A stretch of 64,000 nucleotides of DNA. Source: Pavona decussata (taxonomy: Eukaryota). Where the stretch lies: assembly GCA_977016875.1 (NCBI GenBank), contig CDRNST010000250.1, forward strand, positions 1,426,001 through 1,490,000, in the 5' to 3' direction. Shown in pieces: positions 1 through 11,142 of the stretch; position 1 is the first letter of the stretch, and every line of letters starts with the position of its first letter. A model generated the notes under the pieces. The model was not told the origin of the DNA, did no database searches, and saw only the letters and a list, made by a program, of their open reading frames with translations. The position numbers and the translations under genes were made by a program.

Positions 1-134
1 AGACAGATACCATTCAAAATGGTAATACTTGTGCAAGAGTCTTTTTCAGTATACAACAGACTTTGAAGTTGAGGTTTATAGTTCCTATTAAATTAAGGTA
101 GCTACATTAAGAAAATAGAAATGGTATTCCGACG

Positions 135-315
135 AATTCATATGGCATCCGACGTGGAACGGTAGTTCCGTAAATAGTATTGCTTTTAGCTCTTGAATTT
201 CTCAAAAGCAATTTGAATTTATCAAATTCATATGGCATCCGACGTGGAACGGTAGTTCCTTAAATAGTATTGCTTTTAGCTCTTGAATTTCTCAAAAGCA
301 ATTTGAATTTATCAA
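135..315. repeat. 90-bp tandem duplication in GPCR intron 3 (also at ~19601-19781)
   Basis: aattcatatggcatccgacgtggaacgg... recurs at 135 and 225. It is single copy in genes B and D. Confidence 0.85.
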
Positions 316-719
316 AAGCAATATTATTAGAATGACATGCGGTGAATTATACTTTACCTTTGGGAGAAATACAAACTTCCCTAAAAAGGTCAACATTTAC
401 TATGCTGAGAAGCCCACCATTTAAGCAAGAGCTTCCTTCAAGTGTTTTCTTAGCAACGTAATATGGTCCTCAGTCTTTTGGCGGTTGTTTTAGGTCATTA
501 TTATTGAAATGTATTAAGTTGCAAAGCTAAAAGAGTCCTCTGGACACAAACAAACAGACCTGGAAGTTTTGAAATAAGAGAAGACAAGCAAGCAAGACAG
601 AGGGAACGAAAGCAAACGAGGAAGCACATAAGTAAGTAGGAAGCAGAAAAATTACAGCAGTATTCGCGTCATGTAGATGATTAAAAAATTCGTCAAATTG
701 AAAAAAGTTGTTTACATTA

Positions 720-860
720 AGTCCCCAGTCGTTTCTCATATTCTTAGTCTACGAGAGAAGCACGGCCGAAGGAAGCGCGAGGGAATCACCCCTCGCGCTC
801 CCTTCGGTCACGCTTTTCGCATTCTTTCCCCAGCGTGCGAGACAACTGGGGACGGGCAGC
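720..860. mobile_element. Small MITE in GPCR intron 3 (copies at ~9210-9357 and ~20191-20336)
   Basis: Terminal inverted repeat cgtccccagtcgt..tc / ga..cg..tggggacg, plus an internal GC-rich hairpin ggccgaagggagcgcga...tcgcgctcccttcggtc. Confidence 0.6.
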
Positions 861-967
861 ATTAAGCGGTCGTTCAATCGAAAGGTTTTCATTTTTTGTT
901 GTGAATTTAAATGCACTGTTTCATTCAGTGCTTGCAAACACGACGCAACTTGAAGAGTGGATATTAC

Positions 968-2626
968 CTGTTGCTGACACGAATGTACATTCTGATCATG
1001 CCGTTTGAACCACAAAGTATGCACGACTGTGGTGTATAAGCTAATCATTAGCGCAGAGGAAATAAAAGTGTAGGACAACCACGCCATAAGGTTAGCCTTG
1101 TGCATCCACTGCTCAGGATACAGGCAAAATTTGTTATCCTTTCCATATGTCACTCTAGAAAACTGCGGGATATTCAGGACCAACGAGAAGAACCAAGAGC
1201 CAAGAATAATCATCTGAATGAGAAAAAGAGCACATAATTAAATTCATTACTTTCGATTGAGAATCGTAAAACCAAAACCCAAAACAGACAAAAATAGAGC
1301 AATGAATCAAAAAGCGTTTGAAGAAAATACATATAACCAGCGTCAAGCTCTGAAAAACAGGTGCGAGAAAGACACGATTGGTTTTAGTTTTGTTTCTCTT
1401 TGGTTGAAAAAGTGGCGCGGATTTTACAAACAAATCACAGATTTTGGCAAAGCAAAACCACACCAAACGCAAAATTACTTTTTCGACACTCAACTGAAAA
1501 CTGCTCCAACCGTGACGGTGGCAGCGGCTTGTTGTAACGCCTTCAATGTTCAAGGACTCAACGCAGTCACAAGGGATACAATTAATAAAGCCAGTTTTGT
1601 GCTGTTGTCATTCAGTTGACCGCTCAGTTTCTTTTTATTCAATATTAAGCAAGTGGGTGGTTGGTGTAAAAATTACCAGTTAGATTAAAATTGATGCGAC
1701 CTTGGAAATTTAGGCGAGTCGCAAACACATTTAGATGGCTGTAGTGACATACCTTGAGTTTGCGCATGGTTAGTTTTCCTTTGTTGGCATAGGGAAATAA
1801 CACTGCAAAGTAGCGTTCAAATGCGATGGCGACCAGAGTGAAGATTGAAGAACGTACTCCGATCCATTGGAAGGCGCCGTTTCTCAACACACATACAATT
1901 TTCCCAGTAAATCCATCTGGGTGGGTGGCAATGTGCCTGTAAACCGCTCCGTTATATGAAATGTCGCGTAACTGATGTCCCCCACTGCCAGATTGACAAG
2001 CAGATAATTTATGGGAATTCTATAGGATTGAATGGTCAGACGTAGTGTCAAATAATACATAAATAGAAACAGAAATCCCTTTTAGGCGAATCCTTACTAA
2101 AACCGACAGGTGTTGTCCTCTCTGTCCTGTTGAGGTCGTTTATTTTTCATTCCTTTGTAAGATGGACACTTTTCTTCTTGACAACGAAACAAATGCAAGG
2201 TAAATTAATCCAGGTAAAGAAATGTTATAAAGTTAAAATAACTTGTTTGCCAAAGTAGGATATCGGTTGAACTTCATTTCTCAATATTTTTTACGCCAAT
2301 CATTAAAAAAAAGACATTGTACTGTGATCTAGTGTCTCTTCTTAAATCAGTGTTTACCAATTTGGCTCTTTAGCCAACCTGCCTTTGGAAGATTCGATCC
2401 AGACCCTGGCTGAGAAAGTATTCGCTGACAGGGTTCGAAAGTATTGTGATAAGTTGTCACTGTGGAACTTATCAGCAATATTGTTTAGTTTTGGTATTCA
2501 CATGTGCATGTACCTCATTTCCCGATGTTTCGTTATGATGGCACAGACCAGAGAGTTTCTAATGATACATGCTATGATAAGTATGGACGTCGCTGTTGTT
2601 ATGGCAATATCAGCTGATCCATACAT
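968..2626 (-). pseudogene. Class A GPCR copy A (exons 1-3; exon 4 lies just left of the window), frameshifted
   Basis: Exons 2514-2626, 1753-2019 and 968-1213 have GT/AG boundaries and are colinear with copy C. Exon 2 is 267 nt versus 268 in B/C/D: one base is missing between 1945 and 1946 (aaaccgctcc vs aaaccagctcc). The TM1 GN motif is changed to RN. Confidence 0.8.
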
Positions 2627-3359
2627 GATTGAAGGGTGTCCGTGTCAGTCACGTAATCTTTAAGGAAAAAACGAAATATATCAAGAAAGAAAAGGGAAAC
2701 TGTTTTCATGAAGAAACATAATGAAAAGGAAAAGAGCTAATAAAAATGCAATGCAAATATTTCATAAGTGATATCAAGAGCGTTTATGATAGAATTAATA
2801 GAAACATGTGTAAGCCTTTTAACTTAAAAGCAAGGCCTTTTGCGTAAACTCGCTAATGGTGCCACAGAGATAAAACTGAAGTGTTTTTCTAGGCAGCTCA
2901 AATGGAAATTTCCTTGGTTTCCACGACGTGTTCGTGAATTTGCATTTTTACCGTATAGTGTGTTGAGAGAAATGTCAAAATTGGGAATTTAATTGTTAAG
3001 AAAGGCTTGTTTAGTTTTCACCTGTGCGCGCAACAAGCTTTACTTTCCATGGAGTCTTACATAAATGGACGGCTCTCTAACTCAAATAACCTTTCACTGG
3101 ATCTAAACAATCCTAAACCGGTCTTGTCAATTGTCGTGTGAGGCTTTGGTGAGAATTTCATGAGATGCTTTGAGGCGTTTTCAGCAGCTGTCTACTATTA
3201 AATTTAGTCAGGTTGTTTTTCACGTTTTGAAAACTTATGCTTGCCATTTTCAAAGGACGTGTTTCGAATGATATTAAGACAATAGATTTGAGACAATTGC
3301 ATTGGAATAAAACCGTCATTTTCTCCTATCGATTAACTTTTTTTCTTTTTGACTCTTGT

Positions 3360-3900
3360 GTTCCCTCATCGGCTGCATTGTTCTCTCACCGACATTAATG
3401 CACTCTCTCACGTCATTTGACATTCGCTCTCAACAACATTCATTCACTCACACATCAACTCTCATGCTCTCCTATCAACTTTCATCAAGTTTCTCGTTCT
3501 CTCATAAACTCTCACGCGCTTTCACTTACTTTCATGGTGGTCATCAACTCCATATGCCCTCACGTCAACTTTCATACGTTCTCATCTATCAAAGGGAGCA
3601 TCAGTTATCATCATCTTTCATACGCTCTTTCATAAACTCTCAAGCGCTCTCGCATCAATTTTCGGCATACCCTTTAATCGACTCTCATGCTCTTATATTA
3701 ACGCTCTCCTGATTTCCCCTGCGCTTCACTTGACTCTCACTCGCTTTCACCAACTCCCACACGCCTCTTTCTTTTTCGTCGACCTTCGTGCGTTCTCTGG
3801 ACCCTATGCTCTCTCAAAGACTTAATTTAATGTTCTAAACTTTAAGCACTTTCATCTGAACTCTGATGCGCCTATATCACATATCATGCACTATCGACGA
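3360..3900. repeat. Degenerate CTCTCAT-rich repeat upstream of GPCR copies (also ~12770-12980, 22810-23390, 38950-39510, 42100-42450, 43420-43890)
   Basis: Recurrent caactctcat / cgctctcat units of about 10 bp. Confidence 0.6.
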
Positions 3901-4462
3901 CTCCAATGTTCGCTCTTCCTCCCCCATACCCTCTTTTAAACGTTGACTTACCTGGGAAATAAGGGGAGAAACTTCTAGTCCATTACTCCGCTTAAACTGG
4001 GCATCAAAGAAAAGTGAAATAAATATACAAGACTGAGTTGTAATTACTGCTTCACAGGTGTTATTTAAGGATGCATTTTGCTCAGGTAAGGGTCTGTTTA
4101 AGATGTTGAATTTCTGTTTAATAGGTTTGATTCGACCATTAACCCCACAAAACAATATTTGTATGTTGACATTCTTTTTCTTTCCATTCATTGGAGACTG
4201 TTGATGTTAATTACCCTCAGATCGAACAGTAAATATTTCAGGAAGAAGGTGCTTTTGAATATTACTCCGTTGACGTTAATTATTCTCACATCGAAATAGT
4301 ACTGAAATAGTTCAGCAAAAAGGGGTTTGTTTTTAACCACATTTTAATGTTAAAACATCTTCACACTCATACGTATATCTCTCTATTAGATAAAAATAAC
4401 TGTTTCTTACCTGCACACTTTGATTGAAGTACAAGATAATGCCGACCTCTCTTGCTTGTCAG

Positions 4463-4757
4463 TATTTAACAATTATTCCACAAGCGCGCGTTGAATATGA
4501 GATGATAGATAGCCAACGACGCGCGTAGCGCCGAGTTGGCTTTAATCATCTCATATCAAACAAGTGCGAGTGGAATAATTGTTTTATTAAAAAAATCAAG
4601 AAATATTGCTGGATTTTCCTGATTTCGGGCCGCAAGTACAAGTAAAAGACAATTTAATAGTCGCTATTTCTCGGGCATGGTATAATGCCTCATATACCAT
4701 GGCCTCTAAGCCAATCAAATCGCTCGATTACTTTATACAATGATCCAGTTTTTAATG
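4463..4757 (-). mobile_element. Non-autonomous Crypton-like element with terminal palindrome
   Basis: Palindrome 4468-4583 (aacaattattccac...gtggaataattgtt); ccaatca...tttttaat at the other end. Absent from the homologous site near 44300-44330. Confidence 0.6.
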
Positions 4758-5633
4758 AAAAGAGTTTATCTCTGACTTCAGGTAACAGTTTTAATCGAGG
4801 AAACGATGTTTGCAGTCTTTACCAAATTTATGAGGTCATGATAAAAGTCAACACTGTTCTTTCTTTAATTACTTCGACTGAAAGAGGCTTCTGGTGAAGT
4901 TGTTATTTGTTTCCGATTTTCCTGTGGCTGTTGTGCCAAACGCAAAATTTATTTTTGGCTGAGGTCGAAATGGACTAAGGGAAACTGGACAGAAGGAAAT
5001 ACTCCTGTATGGTTTTCAGAAAGCATCGATTTTTAAAGGATGCATTTTGGAATTCATTGTTCTGCTTTTTACCGATTAGAATCATATTTGCTTGACGTAT
5101 AATCTTTAATTTTATACTGAAATCCTAATGACGTTGCCCAGTTCAACGGGGACGACGACTGGAAAGACGGGAAGATGGTGTTCGACTTCTAGAGAAACCT
5201 GTGACGTTTGGGCGCAAAGTAGCAAAACGTAATAATGCGTTTATCTATGTCAAGACTCTTTTGATTTGAAGTATTTCTTTCCTAAGTTCTTGGTTAGTGG
5301 CAAATCGAACGCCAGCTCTGTTTGTTTGGTCTACGATAACGTTTTAATAAATCGTTTAGCACATTTTAGGTTAATTCTGTTACTAATTGTTTTCTCCACA
5401 TTCGTTACAATGTATTTGGGACGAAATAGTTTTGAAATCATTAACGTTTTCTAATTTGGAGCTCATAGAGTACAAAATTCATTTGGAAATTTAATTTTCT
5501 CTTTTTTTTCTTTTTTTCATGCTATCTGTCGCTTCAATTCGCTTTAATCAGATCAGAGAGCACACCTCTTTTGAACACTTACCCTTGAAACGTGGCCTTA
5601 CTGTGTTATTTCTCTAAGTACTGTGTTGTTTCT

Positions 5634-5954
5634 CTAAGTAGTGTTATTTGGTGACTGGGTATGCTGTGGTTCTCTATCAGGGTGATTCCTCATTTGAAGT
5701 GAATTGGAACGACAGCATATCATTATCCGGAGCTTCTCTCTAAACCGTTGGTTTATTAGAGCATATGCAAATGGATTGACAGCGGCATTGAACATGATCA
5801 GGGTATGAGTCACGGAGAAACCATCAGGACTGAGACTGTAGAAGGCCACATCGGCAAAGATGTGAAGTGTTAGATCTATCACCCAACAGATTCCAAAGAT
5901 GGCGCTTACGGTCACAACCATCGAAGTGACTCGCTTCCGTAACCTTAACACACA
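5634..5954 (-). CDS. Terminal exon (TM6-TM7, C-tail) of a second-subfamily class A GPCR; upstream exons in the gap or missing
   Basis: Acceptor atacag at 5955-5960. Reads RKRVTSMVVTVSAIFGICW...FNAAVNPFAYALINQRFR; same exon boundary as the other copies. Confidence 0.7.
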   Translation of the reverse strand, partial: CVLRLRKRVTSMVVTVSAIFGICWVIDLTLHIFADVAFYSLSPDGFSVTHTLIMFNAAVNPFAYALINQRFREKLRIMICCRSNSLQMRNHPDREPQHTQSPNNTT

Positions 5955-8133
5955 CTGTATATAGATGTATGAGATAACATTGGTGAAATTTGGTCACCTA
6001 TAATCTGATCTTGACTTAAAGGTTCTAAGTGTGCTTTTAGAGTAAGTCGTTGAGAACGAATTAAGCAATTGAAGCAAGTGAACAGAAAAGTCAACAAGGA
6101 AATGGAAGTAATAAAAACCTAATACTGGAATTCTGCTTCTTGTTCTTAGAAAGAGACAGAAATATTCCTACTAAGTGAATTAGCCATATTTGATCATAAG
6201 ATCACTGTAATGGTCTGTTTTATTAAAGGAGCAACGTTAGGATATTCACAACCACTTGATGTAAAATGTTTCATTTTATGTTTCTTTAAAAATTGTTAAG
6301 CGCTGTTAAGCGCCACTGGGCTACATGGAAATGGCGCTATAGAAATAANNNNNNNNNNNNNNNNNNNNNNNNNNNNNNNNNNNNNNNNNNNNNNNNNNNN
6401 NNNNNNNNNNNNNNNNNNNNNNNNNNNNNNNNNNNNNNNNNNNNNNNNNNNNNNNNNNNNNNNNNNNNNNNNNNNNNNNNNNTAATATTTGTTCATGCGC
6501 AACAAGACTTAGTGATTTTTCCAGAAATTCATCCGGGAAAAAGTTGATGTATTTGATAAGTGTTCAGTGATAATCATGTTACCATGTCAACTGTGGCTGG
6601 CCGAAGCCGTCGCCGCCAAGAACACGAAGATTAGAAGCCACAGGATGAATGCTCTTTTATTATTCAAAACGAAATACGAGGGAAGATGGACAAATTACAT
6701 GTGATTCAAACTGAAAAAGCAATGGAAAAACTACGCGGAATGAACAAACCGTAAACAATTTAGAGTAATACTTACTAAACTGTAGCGTTAAAAAACTTCA
6801 AAGTAAAATAAAATGACGAATAATGCTAAACCGGCTAAGCAGAGAAACGACGCAATCCAAAACTTGTAACAATAAACCACGCTGAAAAAAATTCAGCTGA
6901 TATACCGACGCGGTATGCAAATGTAACTAGCACCAAGTTCCTGTGAACTCCCTAAGGCAACCTGAATGATTTGAAGGTCTTAGGCGCTACATCAACTAAT
7001 CTTTGACAGGCCGTTTCTAAAGAAAATGGAAAATCCTATTTTTCAATAAAGAAAAAATGATTTTCTTATACACGAAGCAATCTTTATGTTTTCAGTTTAT
7101 ATTAGTGTTTTCTACTGGTTTTGATTACTTTTTTTTTACTGAAGTTTTGGGAAGTCCAAGACGGCGGATACAAGATGACCACCATTTGACATTTATGATA
7201 TAATTACCACCTAATGTGACGTCATTACTTTTTGTTGTGGGTCTCAAAGGAAACATAGCTTTAATGGTCGCTGAGTTATGGGGGTGGGGGGGGGGGGATA
7301 TGTCCCACCCCCCCGGACCAATAAGGCGAAAAAAAGCCCCGTCAGGATTGGATTAACGTTTTAAGGAATTTTGTTGGGGGTAGGCCCAGGAATTCATGCT
7401 ATCATCGACACAGAATGCTGGAGCCTATCGAGACTGTTTTAACGGGAGCTGACTGCTGTCCTGATTGTGCATTTAAGATGCCATGAAACACTAGCTTGTA
7501 ACACTTATGCATGGTCATTGCAACAGTTTGCCAGAAAATGAAGGAGGCCTTTACTGGATATTCATTGATTGTTAGGAGTTAGTTCTATCACACTAACTTT
7601 ATTTGTGACATTTGAACAGTTTTACAATGGTATTTTAAATATAACAGCAAGCTAGTGTTATAGCTGTATACGTACTGGATTAAATGGCAGATCTTAGGTA
7701 ACGTATTTGTAGTGCTTGGTTTCAGCCTTCTTTCGTCAATTGTACATTTTCTCTCCTACAACTTTGCTGAAAATAGCGTAACTCTAAAACTTCAGTTGAT
7801 TGAAGATCTTCCTTACTAAAGCTATGTTTAAACAAAAACAGTTCTACCATTTGGCGACCAGAACTAAAGATCAATCAATTTTGTGATTTAAAAAAGATTT
7901 AACGGAACCGTCTTTTAGATGGCAACCGTACTTCAACATGAATTTCTGATAAATTCACCACAGAATTTTAACAATTTAAGAAAAACGAAAAAATTTAATT
8001 TGGGACAAGATAGTAAAGTTTGGAAACAACATCAAAACAGCCAAGTTTACGTTGTGTGGCTTGGCCTATGGATATACCAAAGTTCAAGCAAAAATCCACT
8101 TTTCTTTCTTGGTCTTGACGAAAACAACACCGA

Positions 8134-8136
8134 AAA

Positions 8137-8203
<67 letters not shown>

Positions 8204-8204
8204 A
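8134..8204. repeat. (AAAT)n microsatellite, ~17 units, in the presumed 3' UTR of GPCR copy B
   Basis: Direct reading; about 30 nt past the stop codon at 8233. Confidence 0.95.
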
Positions 8205-8232
8205 GGGTTAGGCGCAATTTTTCCCAAGCATA

Positions 8233-11142
8233 TTACTCTATGGAATTTGTTAAGGTTTTGCCAGTCGGTCGGCTGGAGATGTTGTTGGCCATCTCGATGC
8301 CCAGTTGTTTCCTTGAGGGAAGAACTCTTGCAGGAGATGAACACGAACAGCAACATAATAGTATCTTTATCTTTTGTCTGAATCGTTGGCTTATGAGAGC
8401 ATATGCAAAGGGATTGACAGCGGCATTAAACATCAGCATTGTGTGAGCAATGGGAATTGCATAAGGACTGAGCTTGTAAGTGCCAAAGATATCTATGCAA
8501 TGGAGTATGGCGTCAGTATTCCAGCAGATTCCAAAGATAGCGCTGACTGTTAAAACCATCAAGGTGACTCGCCTCCGTACCTTTAAAACACCCTGCGTAG
8601 AGACAGATGCCATTCAAAATGGTCATATTTGTGCAAGAGCCTTTTTCAGTATACAGCAGACTTTGAAAGTTGAGGTTTATAGTTCCTATTAAATTTAGGT
8701 AGCTACATTAAGTAAATAGAAACGGTATTCCGACAAATTCTTATATTCCTGTCATATGGCATCCAACGGGGAACGGTAGTTCCGTAAATAATATTGCTTT
8801 TAGCTCTTGAATTTCTCAATTCTAGAATGACATGCGATGGATTGTACTTTACCTTGGGGAGAAATACAAACTTCCCTGAAAAGGTCAATGTTTACCATGC
8901 TGAGAAGCCCACTGTTTAAGCAAGAACTTCTTTGAAGTGCTTTCTTAGCAACGTAATACGGTCCTCAGTCTTTTGACGGTTGTTTCGGGTCAATGTTATT
9001 GCAATGTATTTAGTTGCAGAGCTAAAGGAGTCCTTGGGACGCAAACAAACAGGCCTGGAAGTTTTGAAGTAAAAGAAGATAGCAAGCAAGACAGAGGGAA
9101 CGAAAGCAAACGTAAGTAACGTAAGTAGGAAGCAGATAAATACAGCAGCATTTGCGTCATGTAGATAATTGAAAAATTCGTCAAATTGAAAAAAGTTATT
9201 TACATTAAGCCCTGATTCGTCCCCAGTCGTTTCTCATCCTCTCAGTCTACGAGAGATGTGCGGCCGAAGGGAGCGCGACGGGATCACCCATCGCGCTCCC
9301 TTCGGTCACGCTTTTCTCATTCTGTCCCCAGCGTGCGAGACGTCTGGGGACGGGCAGCATTAAGCGGTCGTTCAATCGAAAGGTTTTCGTTTTTTGTAGT
9401 GAATTTAAATGCACCGTTTCATTCAGTGCTTGTAAGCACGACGCAGCTTGAAAGGTGGATATTACCTGTTGCTGACTTGACTGTACATTCTGATCATGCC
9501 GTTTGAACCACAAAGTATGCACGACTCTGGAGTATAAGCCAATCATTAGCGCAGAGGAAATAAAAGTGTAGGACAACCACGCCATAAGGGTAGCCTTGTG
9601 CATCCACTGCTCAGGATGCAGGCAAAATATGTTATCCTTTACATATCTCACTCTAGAAAACTGCGAGATATTCAGGACCAACGAGAAGAACCAAGAGCCA
9701 AGAACAATCACCTAAAAGAGAAAAAGAGCACGTAATTAAATTCATTTCTTTCGATTGAGAATCGTAAAACCAAAACCATAAACAGACAAAAATAGCGCAA
9801 TGAATCAATAAGCATTTGAAGAAAATACATGTAACCGGCGTCAAGTTCTGAAAAACAGATGCGAAAAACACACGATTGGTTTTAGCTTTGTTTCTCTTTG
9901 GTTGAAAAAGTAGCGCGAATTTGCAAACAAATCGCAGATCTTAGCAAAGCAAAACCACACCAAACGCAAAATTACTTTTTCGACACTCAACTGAAAACTG
10001 CTCCAACCGTGGCGATGGCAGGGGCTTGTTGTAACGCCTTCATTGTTCAAGTACTCAACGCAGTCACAAGAGATACAATTAATAAAGCCAGTTTTGTGTT
10101 GTTGTCATTAAGTTGACTGCTCAGTTTCTTTTTATAAAGTTTATTCAATATTTAGCAAGTGGGTGGTTGGTGTAAAAATTACCAGTAAGATTAAAAGTGA
10201 TGCAACTTTGGAAATTTAGGCGAGTCGCAAACACATTTAGATAGCCGTAGTGACATACCTTCAGTTTGCGGATGGTTAGTTTTCCTTTGTTGGCATAGGG
10301 AAATAACACTGCAAAGTAGCGTTCAAATGCGATGGCGACCAGAGTGAAGATTGAAGAACGTGCTCCAATCCATTGGAAGGCGCCGTTTCTCAACAAACAT
10401 ACAATTTTTCCAGTGAATCCATCTGGGTGGGTGGCAATGTGCCTGTAAACCAGCTCCGTTATATGAAATGTTGCGTAAACGATGTCCCCCACAGCCAGAT
10501 TGACAAGCAGATAATTTATGGGAATTCTATAGGATTGAGTGATCAGACTTTGTGTCAAATAATACATAAATAAAAACCGAAATCCCTTTTAGGCGAATTC
10601 TTACTAAAACCCACATATGTTGTCCTCTCCGCCCTGCTGAGGTCGTTTATTTTTCATCCCTAGTATGTAAGATTAACACTTTTCTTTTTGACAACGAACC
10701 AAATGCAAGGTAAACTAATTCAGGGAAAGAAATGTTATAAAGTTAAAAAAAAACTTGTTTGCCAAAGTAGGATATCGGCTGAACTTTATTTCTCAATGTC
10801 TTTTACGTCAGTCATTGAAAAAGAGAAGACATTGTACTGTGATCTAGTGTTTCTTCTTGATTTAGTGTTTACCAACTTGGCTCTTTAGCCAACCTGCCTT
10901 TTGGAAGATTCGATCCACACCCTGGCTGAGAAAGTATTCTCTGAGAGGGTTTGAAAGTATCGTGGTAACTTTTCACTGTGGATCTTGTTAGCAATATTGT
11001 TTGATTTCGGTATTCACAAGTGGTTGTACCTCATTTCCCGATTTCTCTTTATGATGGCACAGACCAAAGAGTTTCCAATGATACATGTTATGATGAGTAT
11101 GGACGTCACTGTTGTTATGGCAATGTCGGCTGATCCATACAT
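8233..11142 (-). CDS. Class A (rhodopsin-like, neuropeptide-receptor-like) GPCR copy B, 4 exons, 328 aa
   Basis: Exons 11030-11142, 10259-10526, 9466-9711 and 8233-8592, all GT-AG and in frame. Motifs: TM1 GN, TM2 NLAVGD, TM3 C...ERY, TM4 W...P, ECL2 Cys, TM7 NPFAY, Cys-rich tail. Confidence 0.9.

Larger units (their letters stand above)
1..8900. repeat. Segmental duplication, copy 1
   Basis: 1-5230 aligns by eye to 19467-24688, 5236-6348 to 26957-28018, and 6483-8900 to 31682-34197. Confidence 0.9.

Noticed and set aside
135-315. Direct repeats resembling a CRISPR array
   Set aside because: Two adjacent 90-bp copies with no unique spacers, inside a eukaryotic intron, with no cas genes.
2385-2663. 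Plus-strand ORFs recurring in duplicates (also 21871-22149, 8480-8692, 1257-1619)
   Set aside because: Antisense shadows of GPCR exons or introns, conserved only through recent duplication.
8233-11142. Assigning a gene symbol (QRFPR, GALR, allatostatin or tachykinin receptor)
   Set aside because: The motifs support only class A peptide-receptor-like status; orthology cannot be established without a phylogeny.
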